A stretch of DNA of 64,000 nucleotides. Origin: Naegleria gruberi (taxonomy: Eukaryota). The stretch is from assembly GCA_000004985.1 (NCBI GenBank), contig GG738886.1; one strand, written 5' to 3'. Shown here piece after piece: positions 24,748 to 36,749 of this stretch. The position numbers and the translations under genes were made by a program. Each line of letters opens with the position of its first letter. Within the stretch, counting starts at the first letter, position 1. The notes beneath the pieces are model-generated. The model did no database searches and had not been told where the DNA came from. It worked only from the letters and a program-made list of their open reading frames with translations.

Positions 24748-26673
24748 ATGGGCTCTAGCACATCCATCACTCACACCAATCCATCCTTAATGGTGGTGAG
24801 GAAACATAAAAGACATTCAGCTCATCATTATGAAAAACACTCTCAACAACAAGAACATTACTCTGGGAATGTTACACAGTCCTTGAATTTATCCAATCCT
24901 TCAACTAGTTGTTCTTCACCACAACATTCGAAATATGTCCACAACAGTGTTGATGAGCTTGTCTTTTCAACGAATAAGCCACCCCTTCAGCTGAATAATA
25001 CCCAACAATTAAATACCCATAGACTTCAGCATGAGGATGATAATTATCATTCTTCGCCCAATTATAATTTGCAACACATTAATCATTCACAGCAATCACA
25101 AATTGCTTCACCGACTAGTAGTAGAGTGATGCTTAATTCACCACCAACTCCCACCACCAACAAGAAAACACTCCTAACAACTTCTATTGATGATTGTTTG
25201 CCTGATGCAGACCTAACCAGAAGAGGGCACGTTGTGTTGCCTCAAATTCAAGCAACAGCAACATCACCACAACCACCTTTAAAAATTCAAAGAGAGAATT
25301 CTATACCCACTAATAGTAAGGATTCGAATTCGCCGAAATTAACAACCTCCTTATCGAATGAAACATTCTATTCAGAGAACCACAGTGAAATAAGTCCCCC
25401 TGATCCATTTCAGTCTTCACAAAAGGGAGCTCCCTCCAAACTTTCCTCAACCAATTCTAATCAACAAGAAAAAGATTCTTCACCACCTAGTAAGGAAACC
25501 TTTACTCCAGTAGTTGCTTTTAGTCCAACCGTTACTGATATTGAAGATGATTCAAAGGCAATTTACATGCATCCATATCATGGAAGCTTACCTCCCCGTA
25601 GTCCAAGCAATTCAACATGCTCTTCAAAGACCTCTTCAAGCAATTGCAGCGCTTTTTCATCTCCTAAAGAGAAGATAACATCCCCTTCTCATTCATCATC
25701 GTACAATACCACATCAGCTACATACTCATCTTCACCATCACCATCATCAACAACATCAGGAGTTGCAACTAGCTCTTCTCCAACTACACTCATCCAACCA
25801 TCATCAACAACATCTGTTAATGCATCTAACACAACACCAGAAACTATAACATCCACACCAATAATCTCAAAAGAAACACCCAAACCAACCATTGAGATCA
25901 GTAAAATATCGAATGCTGCCCCGACTACGTCTTCGCCAATTTCTAAAGATAAATTAAAGAGAGCTAGACCTCTTTCTGCAACCAAAAATCCACTGGTTCA
26001 ATCTCTTACATTGGAAAAATTTAAAGACGATTTAGCTATTGGAAGAAAATCCAAATCAAATATCATTTCAGATAATTCAGTCAAGGTAGCATACAGCTCT
26101 TCACTAACTAGATCAGTGGAAGAACCATTTAAATTCACAAATCCTATAAAAACAAAGAACAGATCAACTAGTGTCAACTCGAGAAGTGTTGCACTGTCTC
26201 CAAAGAAGAGTTCAAAATTGTATGATGAAGATGACATGGTAATGATGGACACACCACCGGCCATGTTCAATAGATTTGAATTACAAAAACAATTAATGAA
26301 TACCGATCAAAAGAGTAAGGAAATGAAGATTGATTTGAGGAGTAGTGTCACTCTTGATAATCACCGAGACGTGTTGTCAATGTTTTCTCACAAACATCAA
26401 CAAAAGGATAAAGGAGGTGTTTCATCTCCAATTACCTCTCCAACTAGACACCATTCTCCTTTGAATTCTAGTAATGACGATTTTGAAAATATTGGCAATG
26501 AAGAGATTCGAATCTTCGTCACACCACCAACATTCCTTCCAGACTTGAGCCATTTAAATTTGACTCATTTACAATTGAGAATGTTATCGAATGAAAGATC
26601 GCAAAAGAGAAAAATGGCAAGATCCAACAAGAGAGAAAGTACCTTTAGTTTGAATGGAATAAAGTTTGATTAA
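24748..26673 (+). CDS. Ser/Thr/Pro-rich low-complexity protein beginning MGSSTSI (MGxxxS motif)
   Basis: ATG at 24748 in an AAATAATGG context. It is a 641-aa ORF with long S/T/P tracts, HxxH-rich near the N-terminus, and a basic C-terminus. Confidence 0.45.
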   Translation: MGSSTSITHTNPSLMVVRKHKRHSAHHYEKHSQQQEHYSGNVTQSLNLSNPSTSCSSPQHSKYVHNSVDELVFSTNKPPLQLNNTQQLNTHRLQHEDDNYHSSPNYNLQHINHSQQSQIASPTSSRVMLNSPPTPTTNKKTLLTTSIDDCLPDADLTRRGHVVLPQIQATATSPQPPLKIQRENSIPTNSKDSNSPKLTTSLSNETFYSENHSEISPPDPFQSSQKGAPSKLSSTNSNQQEKDSSPPSKETFTPVVAFSPTVTDIEDDSKAIYMHPYHGSLPPRSPSNSTCSSKTSSSNCSAFSSPKEKITSPSHSSSYNTTSATYSSSPSPSSTTSGVATSSSPTTLIQPSSTTSVNASNTTPETITSTPIISKETPKPTIEISKISNAAPTTSSPISKDKLKRARPLSATKNPLVQSLTLEKFKDDLAIGRKSKSNIISDNSVKVAYSSSLTRSVEEPFKFTNPIKTKNRSTSVNSRSVALSPKKSSKLYDEDDMVMMDTPPAMFNRFELQKQLMNTDQKSKEMKIDLRSSVTLDNHRDVLSMFSHKHQQKDKGGVSSPITSPTRHHSPLNSSNDDFENIGNEEIRIFVTPPTFLPDLSHLNLTHLQLRMLSNERSQKRKMARSNKRESTFSLNGIKFD

Positions 26674-26760
26674 ATGATGATTGTCTGACTTGGGAAAAAA
26701 TCATTAGCCTTCAAGGGGTTTATTTAATAACAACACATGAATATTGATGATTAATGTGTA

Positions 26761-26833
26761 GGGGTCTTGGCGCAGTCGGTAGCGCGTAGGTCTCATAATC
26801 CTAAGGTCGTGAGTTCGATCCTCACAGACCCCA
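26761..26833 (+). tRNA. tRNA-Met (anticodon CAU), elongator type
   Basis: 73-nt cloverleaf. Acceptor stem GGGGTCT/AGACCCC with discriminator A. D stem GCGC/GCGC. Anticodon loop CTCATAA has CAT at positions 34-36 with U33 and A37. T arm GTGAG-TTCGATC-CTCAC. The G1:C72 pair argues for elongator rather than initiator. A T5 run directly downstream acts as a Pol III terminator. Confidence 0.85.
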
Positions 26834-26858
26834 ACTTTTTTCATTTGAGTTAAATTAT

Positions 26859-27137
26859 TTATAATTTTTTAATTTTAGATCCCATGTCATCTAATTGTTT
26901 GTTTGCATGGTTCAATCTTTCCGATTGTCCTTTCAATCTAGAAGCCGATTGACTTCCAACATCAATCATTTCATTACTCATTGCAATCATATTGTCCAAC
27001 ATTTGATTATTCTTATTGTAAACATTTAATATTTCGTCCAGTTTATCCATTTGTTCCTTGGAAACAACACCTTCTTTTTTCGAATCAGAATTGGTTTTTG
27101 ATTTGTTGGCACTGGTGGATGCAGACTTTTGAGACAT
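26859..27137 (-). CDS. Small coiled-coil protein with a Qc-SNARE-like motif (SNAP-25 C-terminal-helix-like) and no TM segment
   Basis: A 92-aa ORF. The segment MLDNMIAMSNEMIDVGSQSASRLKGQSERLNHANKQLDDMGSKIKK aligns by eye with the SNAP-25 SN2 motif ([39 protein letters not shown]), including a central Gln. The N-terminus is Ser/Lys-rich. Confidence 0.4.
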   Translation of the reverse strand: MSQKSASTSANKSKTNSDSKKEGVVSKEQMDKLDEILNVYNKNNQMLDNMIAMSNEMIDVGSQSASRLKGQSERLNHANKQLDDMGSKIKKL

Positions 27138-27323
27138 TTTTTTTAAATCTATAAATAAACAAGCTCACGTTTCAAAAATCTAATTACTAGTATTCTTCAG
27201 TCAATTCCCTATTCTAAACCAATAAGGATAACCAGGATTCATCAATATCTTCATTCCAATTACCATTCGGAAATCAACAGCTTGCAATAAATTGTTGAAT
27301 TTATTCCTCAACTCTTGAAAAAA

Positions 27324-28960
27324 ATGATTCAACGTGAAAGTGAACAAGATTTTGCAATTTCTTCATCATTGACAACAACAACAACAGGAAAAAGACTACT
27401 ATTGAACCATACAACAGATGCATCAACATTAATTAATTCTGATGATTCGGAAGGTGTTTGTTGTGATGTTTCCGAGTCTTTTATGGAAAATGAAGAAGAA
27501 TTTAGTTGCATGAAAGAGGAGGAGGATGAAGAATTTGCTTGGGATAAACAAGTTGATGAAGAAATTGAAGTGGAGAAGGAGGAGAAGGGAAAGTTGGGAT
27601 ATTATGATTTTTGGAGGTCGATTGGTTCTCCGAAATATGTGGTGGCTCCGATGGTGGATCAGAGTGAAATGGGTATGTTTTGATGATGGAGTTTTTTGTG
27701 TAATTATTTAACAAATTGATTGGAATTGGGTGTGAAATTGGTGGAATTGACGTTGAATTGTGGAATTTTGAATGGAAATTGATGGAAATTTGATGGAATT
27801 AATAACAATTTGATTGAATTTGATTGGAAATTAATGAAAATTGTGGAAATTCTGTGTAAATTTGTGTAAATTTTATAGCATTTCGATTGTTATCAAAGGA
27901 ATATGGAGCTACACTTGCCTATACACCCATGTTTCATGGCATGTATTTTGCATACCATAAGAAATATAGAGCTAGATTTTATCAATTTAATCCTGATTTG
28001 GAAGGACCAGTTTTTGCTCAATTCTGCACTAATGATCCAGAGACTTTTGTTCAATGTGGAAAACGTGTTTGGGATTTGAGTAAACAGAAAATTAGCGCCA
28101 TAGATTTGAATTTGGGGTGAGTATTCAATGAATTTCAATGGAATTTTACCAAAAATGTAATTAATATTTTGGATTTTAATGAAATATTCGAAAGATGTCC
28201 ACAAAGAATTGCCAGAAGAGGAAGATACGGATCATTCCTTATGGAAGATTTACAAACTGTTCATTCAATCATCAACAAGGCCCATTTGGAATTACCAATG
28301 CCAGTCACTGCAAAAATTAGAATTTTCGAAGATTTGGAATTGACCATGAATTATGTCAAGACAGTAGTTGATGCTGGTGCTCAGGTGTTATGTGTTCACG
28401 GAAGGACAAGAGAACAGAAAGGAGCCAATCAAAATTATGCTGATTGGACTGTCATTCGAGCCATCAGAGAACAATTTCCACAAATTCCAATGATTGCCAA
28501 TGGAAATATTCGTACATTCCAGGACGTGCAAGATTGTCTGGAATATACTCGAGTGGATGCAGTCATGAGTGGTGAAGGCCTCTTAGAAAATCCAGCTCTA
28601 TTCAATGGAGGTCAATTCGTCCATCCACTCGACATTTCAGACAAGTATGTCAATATTTGTAAAACTCATTTCCCACCAGATCACAACAATATTAAGAGAC
28701 ATTTATTTAGAATTTTGGATAAATACATCCCAGAAGATAGAAGTGACCTAAGAGGCATACTAGGAAAGGCCTCACTATGGGAACATTACAGAGAATTTGT
28801 GGATTATGCAAGGAAAATTGAAAATGAATTTGATTTTAAGGAATTGGAATTTGAACCATCGATTTGTGTAGTGACAGATCCAGAAAATCATCCAATTGTG
28901 AAGAAACCATTGAGAAAGAAGGATGTTGAGACGGATAGTGGAGCTGCTGATGAGGAATAA
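27324..28960 (+). CDS. DUS1L: tRNA-dihydrouridine synthase (Dus1-like) with an acidic N-terminal extension. Three exons: 27324..27672, 27879..28116 and 28195..28960
   Basis: The spliced protein reads ...[36 protein letters not shown]...[20 protein letters not shown]...CVHGRTREQKG...ANGNI... It matches human DUS1L almost motif for motif ([62 protein letters not shown]). Donors are GTATGT at 27673 and GTGAGT at 28117. Acceptors are TATAG|C and AAAG|A. CDS length is 1353 nt, in frame. Confidence 0.85.
27713..27870 (+). repeat. Degenerate short tandem repeat (core TGGAAATT/TGGAATTG, period about 8-12) inside intron 1 of the Dus1-like gene
   Basis: Read directly from the sequence: ttgattggaattgggtgtgaaattggtggaattgacgttgaattgtggaattttgaatggaaattgatggaaatttgatggaattaat...tgtggaaattctgtgtaaatttgtgtaaatttt. 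Confidence 0.6.
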
Positions 28961-29210
28961 TGGATAAATTTGTGAATTTTTTTTATTAGAAAGGGATTTT
29001 TTCTGGAAAATCTTTCTTTTCTTTTTCATTATTTAAATTGGTTTTGTATCCATGATTAATATCAGATAATTGTTTAACCAATATTTTAGTTTTTGCAATT
29101 CCATTTTGTTTTGGATAAAATAAGGAACTTGAAGAAACTTTATTGAAGGAGATTAATGTTGATTTCAACTGTTTTTCTTTTATTTGAATCTTGAATTCTA
29201 GTGTTGTGAT

Positions 29211-31901
29211 TTACTTCTTCAAAAATTTGATTCTCTTAATTTCGTGTAGTTCTTCTTCGAAAAATTCTGAAGTCATTGAGGTTCTATGTTGAGCCAATTG
29301 TTGATTCTTGGATAATAGTGCAATTAATTTCAAGTAATTTTTCAATTTTGGCTGTTGAAAAGTGTTCGATTTGGTCTGCAATTCATTTAAGGTCAAGTGT
29401 GGCTCTTGTTGGAGAGTATTTAGCATTTTCTCTTCCTTTTCTCTTGATTTCTTTTTCAAAATGTCAGCAAACACATTAATGATTGGATCTGCATGATGAG
29501 CATCAGCTTTCAACATACCAGCATAGGTATGGAATGCTGGATTTGATGGAGAATCCAATCTTACATAATTAATTAATGCAAAAATTACAGTTTTCACAGT
29601 GCTGATTATTACAGCAGTCAAGAAACCGTAAAAATAATTGGCAACAATAAGTAACAAATCCATAAATCCAAAAACGTTGGTGTGAACAAGCCAAGTTCCC
29701 TTCTTTCTCAAAAAGATGAATCGTAAAACGAATACAGTTGCCACTGTTATCAGTTTACCTGAAAGGAAGGAAACAATTCGAAATATAAGCTCCAATCCGT
29801 TCTGGAATAAAAATCCAATACCGAAGAAAATTTCATTAATGAACAAGCATACAAATCCAATAATAAGAAGGATTGCATAAATGATGAAGAAGTAAACAGC
29901 TGTTGCTACTGCATAGTGAGCTGCTTGTGAGCCAGGATAACTGGAAGCTTTGACAATTGATTGAGATTTGAGTGAAAATTGAAGAGTTCCATTTCTATAT
30001 GAATCCATCTGTTGAAATTTGGAATAATTATTAACAATATATTGTTAGAAAGAAAACTTACATGATTCTTATAATTCTTGGCAATCAATAAAGAAATTGA
30101 GAACATGGTAATGACTGTAATTACCACGGAAAGGTAATAATTTACCTCAATAACTTTGAATGCTGGAATCAGTATGTTGGTAATAGTAGCTTGACATGAA
30201 TCCGAGTTGTTCGTAAACAAGACACAAAACAAGGTAGTCAACAATAAATAAATTATGTTAATGGCAGAATACATGACATGAACAGAGAAGGCAGAGAAAG
30301 TTCCCACAATGAGTAAGCTAATCAACAAGGCAGATGACATTCCAATAATAAATCTTGATGGGAAAAAGAAGTTAGACCACTTTTCTCTTGAATAATTTTC
30401 CAAAGCTCGTTTCAGAACTGTTTACAATATAATAAATAATCATGATTAACTTATTAAAGTAAAACCTACCAATCCATTTAATTTTGGCGTAATACTTTAG
30501 TTTCAGCAATGGAATTACAATAATTCTTCTGAAAACACTTCTTTTCTTATTTTCCCAATATCTTTCAATCTTTTCATCTAATCGATCTTTAATTTCATCC
30601 GTTTCTAGTGAGCTCAATGATGTAGAGATTGCACTAGTATCAGTTGAGCTATTCTTATTTGCATAGTAAGCAAATGATCGTTTGAGCTTTTTCTTTGAAA
30701 TATTTCTCAACAAGGTTCTAACATGATAGTAATACCTCGACAATCTGTGTCGATAAAAATTGAACCAATCCTTCATTTTGAATTTGGTATAGACCTGAGC
30801 AATGGAAGAGATGAGTAAGAGAGCAATCATGAAAATTGATCCAAAAGCAAGTATCCATTGAAGAATTAAAAAACCAGAAATAAACTGGTATTGCGATTGT
30901 TGAATATTGTAAATCATATTCTTTGAAGTGGAATTGAGAAAATCGAGAAAATCTTTTGGAGACTCTATCATGTGTGTAATATTCACAAAAGTGAAATTGG
31001 TCTGTCCTGGATTCAAGTATGGATAACTTCTAGGTATGATTTCAATTGAGAACAAACTATTATGGTAGCAATTAATTGACCATATAGTTTGTGTAATATC
31101 ACATCCTAAAGCAAGTATAACTATTAGAAAAGTACAAATTCTCTTCCAAAACGGCATTTGAACTGCATTATTCAATACTGTAACTGATAGAATAAATCCA
31201 GCCATTAATGAAATTGTTGCAACTCCACTGTTAAAATTATTTAAATAATTATTTTCCAAATTATTTAAAATAAATATTATTCGAATCCTGTCAAATATTT
31301 TGAAAACCTACCTAGTATCACCAATATAATCACAACCTACAATAATATTATCCATTCTATCATCAGCAAACCACTGCCAAACTCGTGTTACATAAATTGC
31401 ACTAAAGTACAATCTTGCAAACAGAAACCACACCACAAATCTATAAAACACATTCTCATTAATCAGGTCAACCACTGGAATCCTCAAGCAACACGAACTC
31501 AAATGATAGAATATCTTCTTTGGTATACAATGTCCTACCAAACCTTCACATCCATTAAAACAAACACAACACATTCCATAACTTGTTGTTCTCCTTCTTC
31601 TATTGGTGAGATATTCCCGAACAGTAAAGTGTAAATCATCTTGTTCAGTGGAATGGGTAAGGAATTGATTCAGTGATGGACAAGGTTTTTGATGATCATC
31701 GTGATGATGATGGTGATGATGATTACTATCAATTATTACCTTGTTGTTATTACTGGCTGATTCGTAGTAGGCCGATGATGATGACGATGATGAATTATGA
31801 TAAGTATGATGATCAAAAGGCTCTTGATAGGAATGATAATCAGTGTTGGCAATGGAGGGAGATACTCCATGAGGATTGGATGATGTACTATCCATCATCA
31901 T
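29211..31901 (-). CDS. Multi-pass transmembrane protein of about 833 aa with a His-rich N-terminus (HHHHHHHH) and a Cys-rich segment. Four exons: 31901..31312, 31227..30470, 30417..30062 and 30008..29211
   Basis: Four ORF-track pieces join with canonical signals. GTAGGT donor at 31311 and AACAG acceptor ending at 31228 (phase 2). GTAGGT donor at 30469 and AAACAG acceptor ending at 30418 (phase 1). GTAAGT donor at 30061 and AACAG acceptor ending at 30009 (phase 0). Exon lengths are 590, 758, 356 and 798 nt, for 2502 nt in frame. There are at least 10 hydrophobic segments. The family is not recognised. Confidence 0.55.
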
Positions 31902-32224
31902 CTTCTTGTTTCTTGTTTATTCCTTTATATGAAGAGTTTGATGATGATATTTTGTTTTTTTTGATTGGAAGATTTACAAATTGCCTTCCTCTTCGGAGAA
32001 GATTCTATTGGTTACATTATTTGAAATGTGCATTATTGTTATATGATAATGAAATTATCCACCACATGTAAGGAGCTCTTGAGGCGTTTTTTTAAGCGGT
32101 GAAACTTACCGTTACACTATTTGAAATTCTTAAATCAAAATTAAAGTTTTAAAATAAAAAAAGCCTTCAAGCTGTTACTATTTACACTTGTTTTTATTGC
32201 ACATCATGATGTGATTGGAACAAA

Positions 32225-33427
32225 TTATTCAATGGAAAGAACAACCTTGCCAATAGCTCTCTTCGAATGAACCATTTCGTGAGCCTTTTTAATTTCATCC
32301 ATCTTGAACGTGGTAATCTTGATCAAATTAAAGCAATTTCCCTCCGATAACACTCTATTCATCAACAAGTCAAATTCCTTCTGTGCCTTACCCATATATT
32401 GTATCAGATTGTATTTTGGATACTTTTTAGAGCAGGCTTTCATCTTGTTAGAGCTGATATAAATTCCAGTCCTGATCAATGTAGAAAGAGTTAATTCGGC
32501 AGGACCTGGTGGCACAAGACTACTATAAACTACATGAGAGTCAGCTCTTCTACAATCCAAATGTTGGCAAACATCATCGTAAAAGTAGTATCCTCCAACA
32601 CAGTCAATTACCAAGTCAATGTATTGATCTCCATTCTCACCCTTAATCAATTCACAAATGGATGGTAATTCACTGGATTCTTGATGTTTCTCTTGAGTGC
32701 CATCCTTAGCAGAGGTTTGTGTATAATCAATGACAACGTCAGCTCCCAACGATTTCACATATTCCACATTTCTTGTTGAGCACACTGCATAGACTTTGAT
32801 ATTGAAATATTTGGCCAAATAATGTTTGGCGAATAGCAAAGCAATACTTCCCGTGCCACCAGAAGCACCAATGACCAATACTTTGAAATCTTCCATTTCC
32901 TTTGGCTTTTCATTCATCTTTTCTGGATGAGCTATGTGTTTCTTCAACAAAGATTCTACGAGTGGATGTTGTCTGTAGGCATCGATTATGGTTCCACCAC
33001 TTGTTGCAAAAGCAGCTGCCTTATTATAATCCATATCCTTTGGTTTCTTAATCAAATCATGATCTTCAAAGACGCAATATTCAGCAAACGTACCAGTCTT
33101 GGCTCCTGCCTTTCCACCACAAACCAAATCACCAACTTTGAATTGGGTGACCTTCTTACCAACTGCTGACACAACACCACTGGCATCCAATCCCAAAACA
33201 CAAGGGAATTTGAGCTTGACAGCCATTTTGACTCTCCCAGAAGCCATATGACAATCGCCAGGATTAATACCAGCTGCATGGACTCGGACCAATACTTGAT
33301 GATCCTTCAGAGCATCTTGCTTTGGTTTTGGATGATCTTGCACAATTTTAAAATCAGGAAATTCAGCATAATCTTCAATAATAATTGCCTTCATAATGTA
33401 TTGTATATTGTTGGTACTACTATTCAT
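32225..33427 (-). CDS. Medium-chain dehydrogenase/reductase (zinc-binding alcohol dehydrogenase / quinone oxidoreductase-like)
   Basis: A 400-aa ORF with GroES-like N-terminal residues (VLVRVHAAGINPGD), a Rossmann-type GASGGTGSIALLFAK motif, and a typical MDR length. Real ATG at 33427. Confidence 0.7.
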   Translation of the reverse strand: MNSSTNNIQYIMKAIIIEDYAEFPDFKIVQDHPKPKQDALKDHQVLVRVHAAGINPGDCHMASGRVKMAVKLKFPCVLGLDASGVVSAVGKKVTQFKVGDLVCGGKAGAKTGTFAEYCVFEDHDLIKKPKDMDYNKAAAFATSGGTIIDAYRQHPLVESLLKKHIAHPEKMNEKPKEMEDFKVLVIGASGGTGSIALLFAKHYLAKYFNIKVYAVCSTRNVEYVKSLGADVVIDYTQTSAKDGTQEKHQESSELPSICELIKGENGDQYIDLVIDCVGGYYFYDDVCQHLDCRRADSHVVYSSLVPPGPAELTLSTLIRTGIYISSNKMKACSKKYPKYNLIQYMGKAQKEFDLLMNRVLSEGNCFNLIKITTFKMDEIKKAHEMVHSKRAIGKVVLSIE

Positions 33428-33865
33428 ACGAGTTTCAAAAGTTAGTTCTACTATCGGTTGTTATTCTTAGTTGTTATATGCCCACCACTACTACTATTAG
33501 AAGAGAGAGATGATAATAATTTTGTATTAAGCTTAGTGAGATATTAGTACTACTATGGGTGAATACTATTAATGAGATGTTGAGATGTTTTTTAAAGAGT
33601 TGTTGTTTGCTTTCTGTGCCATTTCTTGATTTAAATTGATACTCACTCGGGCAAGTGAGGGATTCATTGTTTCCAAATTGTGGCTCAGCCAATTATGGAA
33701 TTACCTCGCGGGTTTCCTAATGGCCATAGGAATTTTTACAAATTAAGAACAAGTGCTACGGAGATCCAATTCTATTTTGTTTATCTCTTATTCTTCTAAT
33801 GGTCAATGTAATATTAATAATATTACTAATAATATTTAATATTTAAATTATAATATTTAAAAAAA

Positions 33866-36656
33866 ATGCAAACAAGTAGTACTAGTAAGAGAATTGATGC
33901 CTTGCCATCCACCATCCTTCCTACCCGATATAAAATTTTCTTAAATCCAGATTTGAAGAATTTTGTATTTGATGGTGAAGAAACTATTGAATTGAAAATT
34001 AATCCACAAGAATTATCATCAGATCATACTAATAGTATTGATAATCTATTAAAATCCATTGATCGTATAGTTACGAATAGTAAAGAATTAAAAATTGATC
34101 AAGCCTTTTTAATGATCGGAGATGGTCATGGTCATAGGGTTGAATTTAAATCAATTGATTTTCATGAAGAGTTTGGAATTGTTAGTTTTGTATTGGAAAA
34201 GTCGTTAGATGAAATTTTGAATCAGTTAAATATCAAGGTTGATGATTTGAGTGTGTTTAGAATGTTTTTGCACTTGAAATTCAGAGGAGAATTGAATGAC
34301 AAGTTGAATGGCTTTTATCGATCAAAGTATGTCAGAGATGGTGTTGAATCATATGCTGCAGTAACACAATTTCAACCTGCCGATGCTAGAAAATGCTTTG
34401 TTTGTTGGGATGAACCAATTTATAAGGCAGTTTTTGAGATTTCACTTGTTGCTCCAAAGAATTACAAAGCACTGTCCAATATGAACTGCATTCAAGTGGA
34501 TGATTATGATGAAAGTAGTAATCTTCACAAATTTTCTCCAACTCCTCCAATGTCAACCTATTTGGTTGCTGTTATTGTTGGTGATTTTGATTATGTTGAA
34601 ACTATTTGTACAGAAACATCCAAGCCAATTCCTGTTCGTGTCTATACTCCAGTTGGAAAGAAGGAACAGGGTCTCTTCTCACTTGAAGTTACCTCTAAGG
34701 TATTGGCCCTTTTTGAAAAGTATTTCCAGGTGGAATATCCATTGCCTAAACTTGACATGATTGGAATTTCTCAATTGAGCTTTGGTGGAATGGAAAATTT
34801 TGGATTAATTACTTTCAGAGAGCAAATTGTTCTTGTTGATCCAATCAATACCTCTGCGGCTGCCAAGCAAAATGTTTCCATTGTTGTCGCTCACGAAGTA
34901 TCACATCAATGGTTTGGAAATCATGTTACTCCAGCTTGGTGGGAATCATTGTGGTTAAACGAGAGTTATGCTACGTATGTATTAATGGCCTACTGTATTT
35001 AATATTTACAATCAATTATTTGAAATAATGTTTTATGGAAATTATAGTTATTGGGAATACTTTGCTATTGATAATCTCTTCCCTGAGTGGGGCGTTTGGG
35101 AACAATTCGTTTATGCTGACTTTTTGAGAGCATTCGACTTGGATGGAAAGAGATCTACTCACCCAATTCAAGTATCAGTCAATTCTACTGCAGAAATCGA
35201 TGAAGTTTTTGATGCCATCTCATATAGTAAGGGTTCATGTTGCGTTAGAATGTTAATTGAATGGCTTGGTATTGACCAATTCAGAAAGGCAATTATTGCT
35301 TATTTGAACAAGTATGCCTTTTCCAATGCCAAAACTGAGGATTTGTGGACATCTTTGAAAGAATCACTCAATGTTGATGCAGCATCCATGATGAAGAGTT
35401 GGATATATTCCTCAGGTTATCCTGTTGTAACCATCAAGGAACATTTGGAAGGTAACGAAAAGGTATTAACATTAACACAAAACAGATATTTGGAAGATGG
35501 AGGTTTGGATAGTGAGGATTCAACCATTTGGTACATTCCTATTTCCTATGTTTTGTGCAATAGTGATAATTCAATTACAGAATTTAAAGAAACCATGAAT
35601 GAAAAGAGCATGATTTTGAGAATTCCCGCCTCTTCCAAATGGATCAAATTCAACAAGAATCAAATTGGATTTTATCGCGTCAATTATCAAAGCTCTGAAT
35701 ATTATAGCAAATTGAAGGTCGCCATCAAGGAGAAGAAATTATCACCAATTGATAGAATGGCATTAATAGAGGAAAGTACAACCCTCTCAAAGAGTGGTCT
35801 TGTGCCAATTGAGCAAGTTTTATCATTATTTGAAGCCTATTCCTTAGAAGATAACTATACAGTCCTGACAACTGTTTCTTCCTGCTTGTCCACTATTGAA
35901 AATCTTATCAAACATGAATCAAGCCAAGCATTGGAAAAATTTGCAGCACTTGGAAGAAGTATTTTCCTTCATTTGAGAGATGATCTTGGTTGGACTCAAC
36001 AAGAAAACGAAAGCCACTTGAGAAGCATGACCAGAAGTCTTGTATTCTCAAATCTTGTTAGTTACAATGACAAGGAAACTGTACAAAAGGCATTTGAAAA
36101 ATTTGCTCAATTCAAGGTTGATCCATCAAGTTTAATTCCAGATTTGAGAAGTGTAGTATATTCAGCTGTTGTAAAATATGGAAATGAGGAAGATTTCAAA
36201 CAAGTTTTGAATGTCTATTTAACATCGGATTTAACTGAGGAAAAAGTGAGAGTTTTGAAATGTCTTGGCCAATCTCCAAATGAACAATTAATTGATGAAA
36301 CAATCAATAGAACTCTTGACGGATCTGTTCTCACTCAAGATATTTCGTACATGTTAATGGGTCTATCACAAAATCCAAAAGCAAATGAAAAGCTCTGGAG
36401 ATTCTTTTTCAAGAATTATGCAGCAATTAGACAAAAATTCCAAGCAGGACTATTATTTGGAAGAATCATCAAATTATTCACTGAAAGTTCACTGAATCCA
36501 CAACATGTTTCAGAAATTAAAGACGAATTAGACAAGGTTGCTACTAGTGCCATCTTGAGAACTGTCAATCAAGTTAAGGAAACTATTTCACTCAATAGTG
36601 CATGGAGTATTCGTTCAGCTCCTTCCATTGTTAATTGGTTAAATAAAATAGAATAA
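33866..36656 (+). CDS. M1-family zinc aminopeptidase (puromycin-sensitive aminopeptidase type). Two exons: 33866..34974 and 35048..36656
   Basis: GAMEN-type motif FGGMENFG. Zinc site HEVSHQWFGN(x18)WLNES. Exon 1 ends GCT AC|GTATGT and exon 2 begins after TATAG|T. Together they give WLNESYATYWEYFAIDNLFPEWGVWEQF, compared with PSA WLNEGFASWIEYLCVDHCFPEYDIWTQF. The long C-terminal ERAP-like domain is present. CDS length is 2718 nt, in frame (905 aa). Confidence 0.9.
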
Positions 36657-36749
36657 ACTAGTGATATTTCAAATTTTAAAATATTTAATCAATATGGTGC
36701 CCGTCTTCTCGTGTACTATCTGTTTTTATCTTGTTGTAAAAACGAAAAA

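Noticed and set aside
25689-26270. Minus-strand ORFs of 98 and 90 aa inside the 24748..26673 gene
   Set aside because: They are antisense to a long Ser/Thr-rich sense ORF, and their low-complexity V/D/G-rich translations mirror it. Spurious.
31673-32071. A plus-strand 132-aa ORF (MMDKVFDDHRDDDGDDD...)
   Set aside because: It is antisense to the His-rich first exon of the minus-strand membrane-protein gene. The Asp/Met-rich translation is the complement of CAT/CAC His codons. It is a composition artefact.
33600-33730. GC-rich motif cluster (hairpin CTCACTCGGGCAAGTGAG, CCAAT, CGCGGG) in the divergent promoter between the MDR oxidoreductase and the aminopeptidase
   Set aside because: The motifs are short and individually common. 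Without comparative data it cannot be distinguished from chance in a 440-bp bidirectional promoter.
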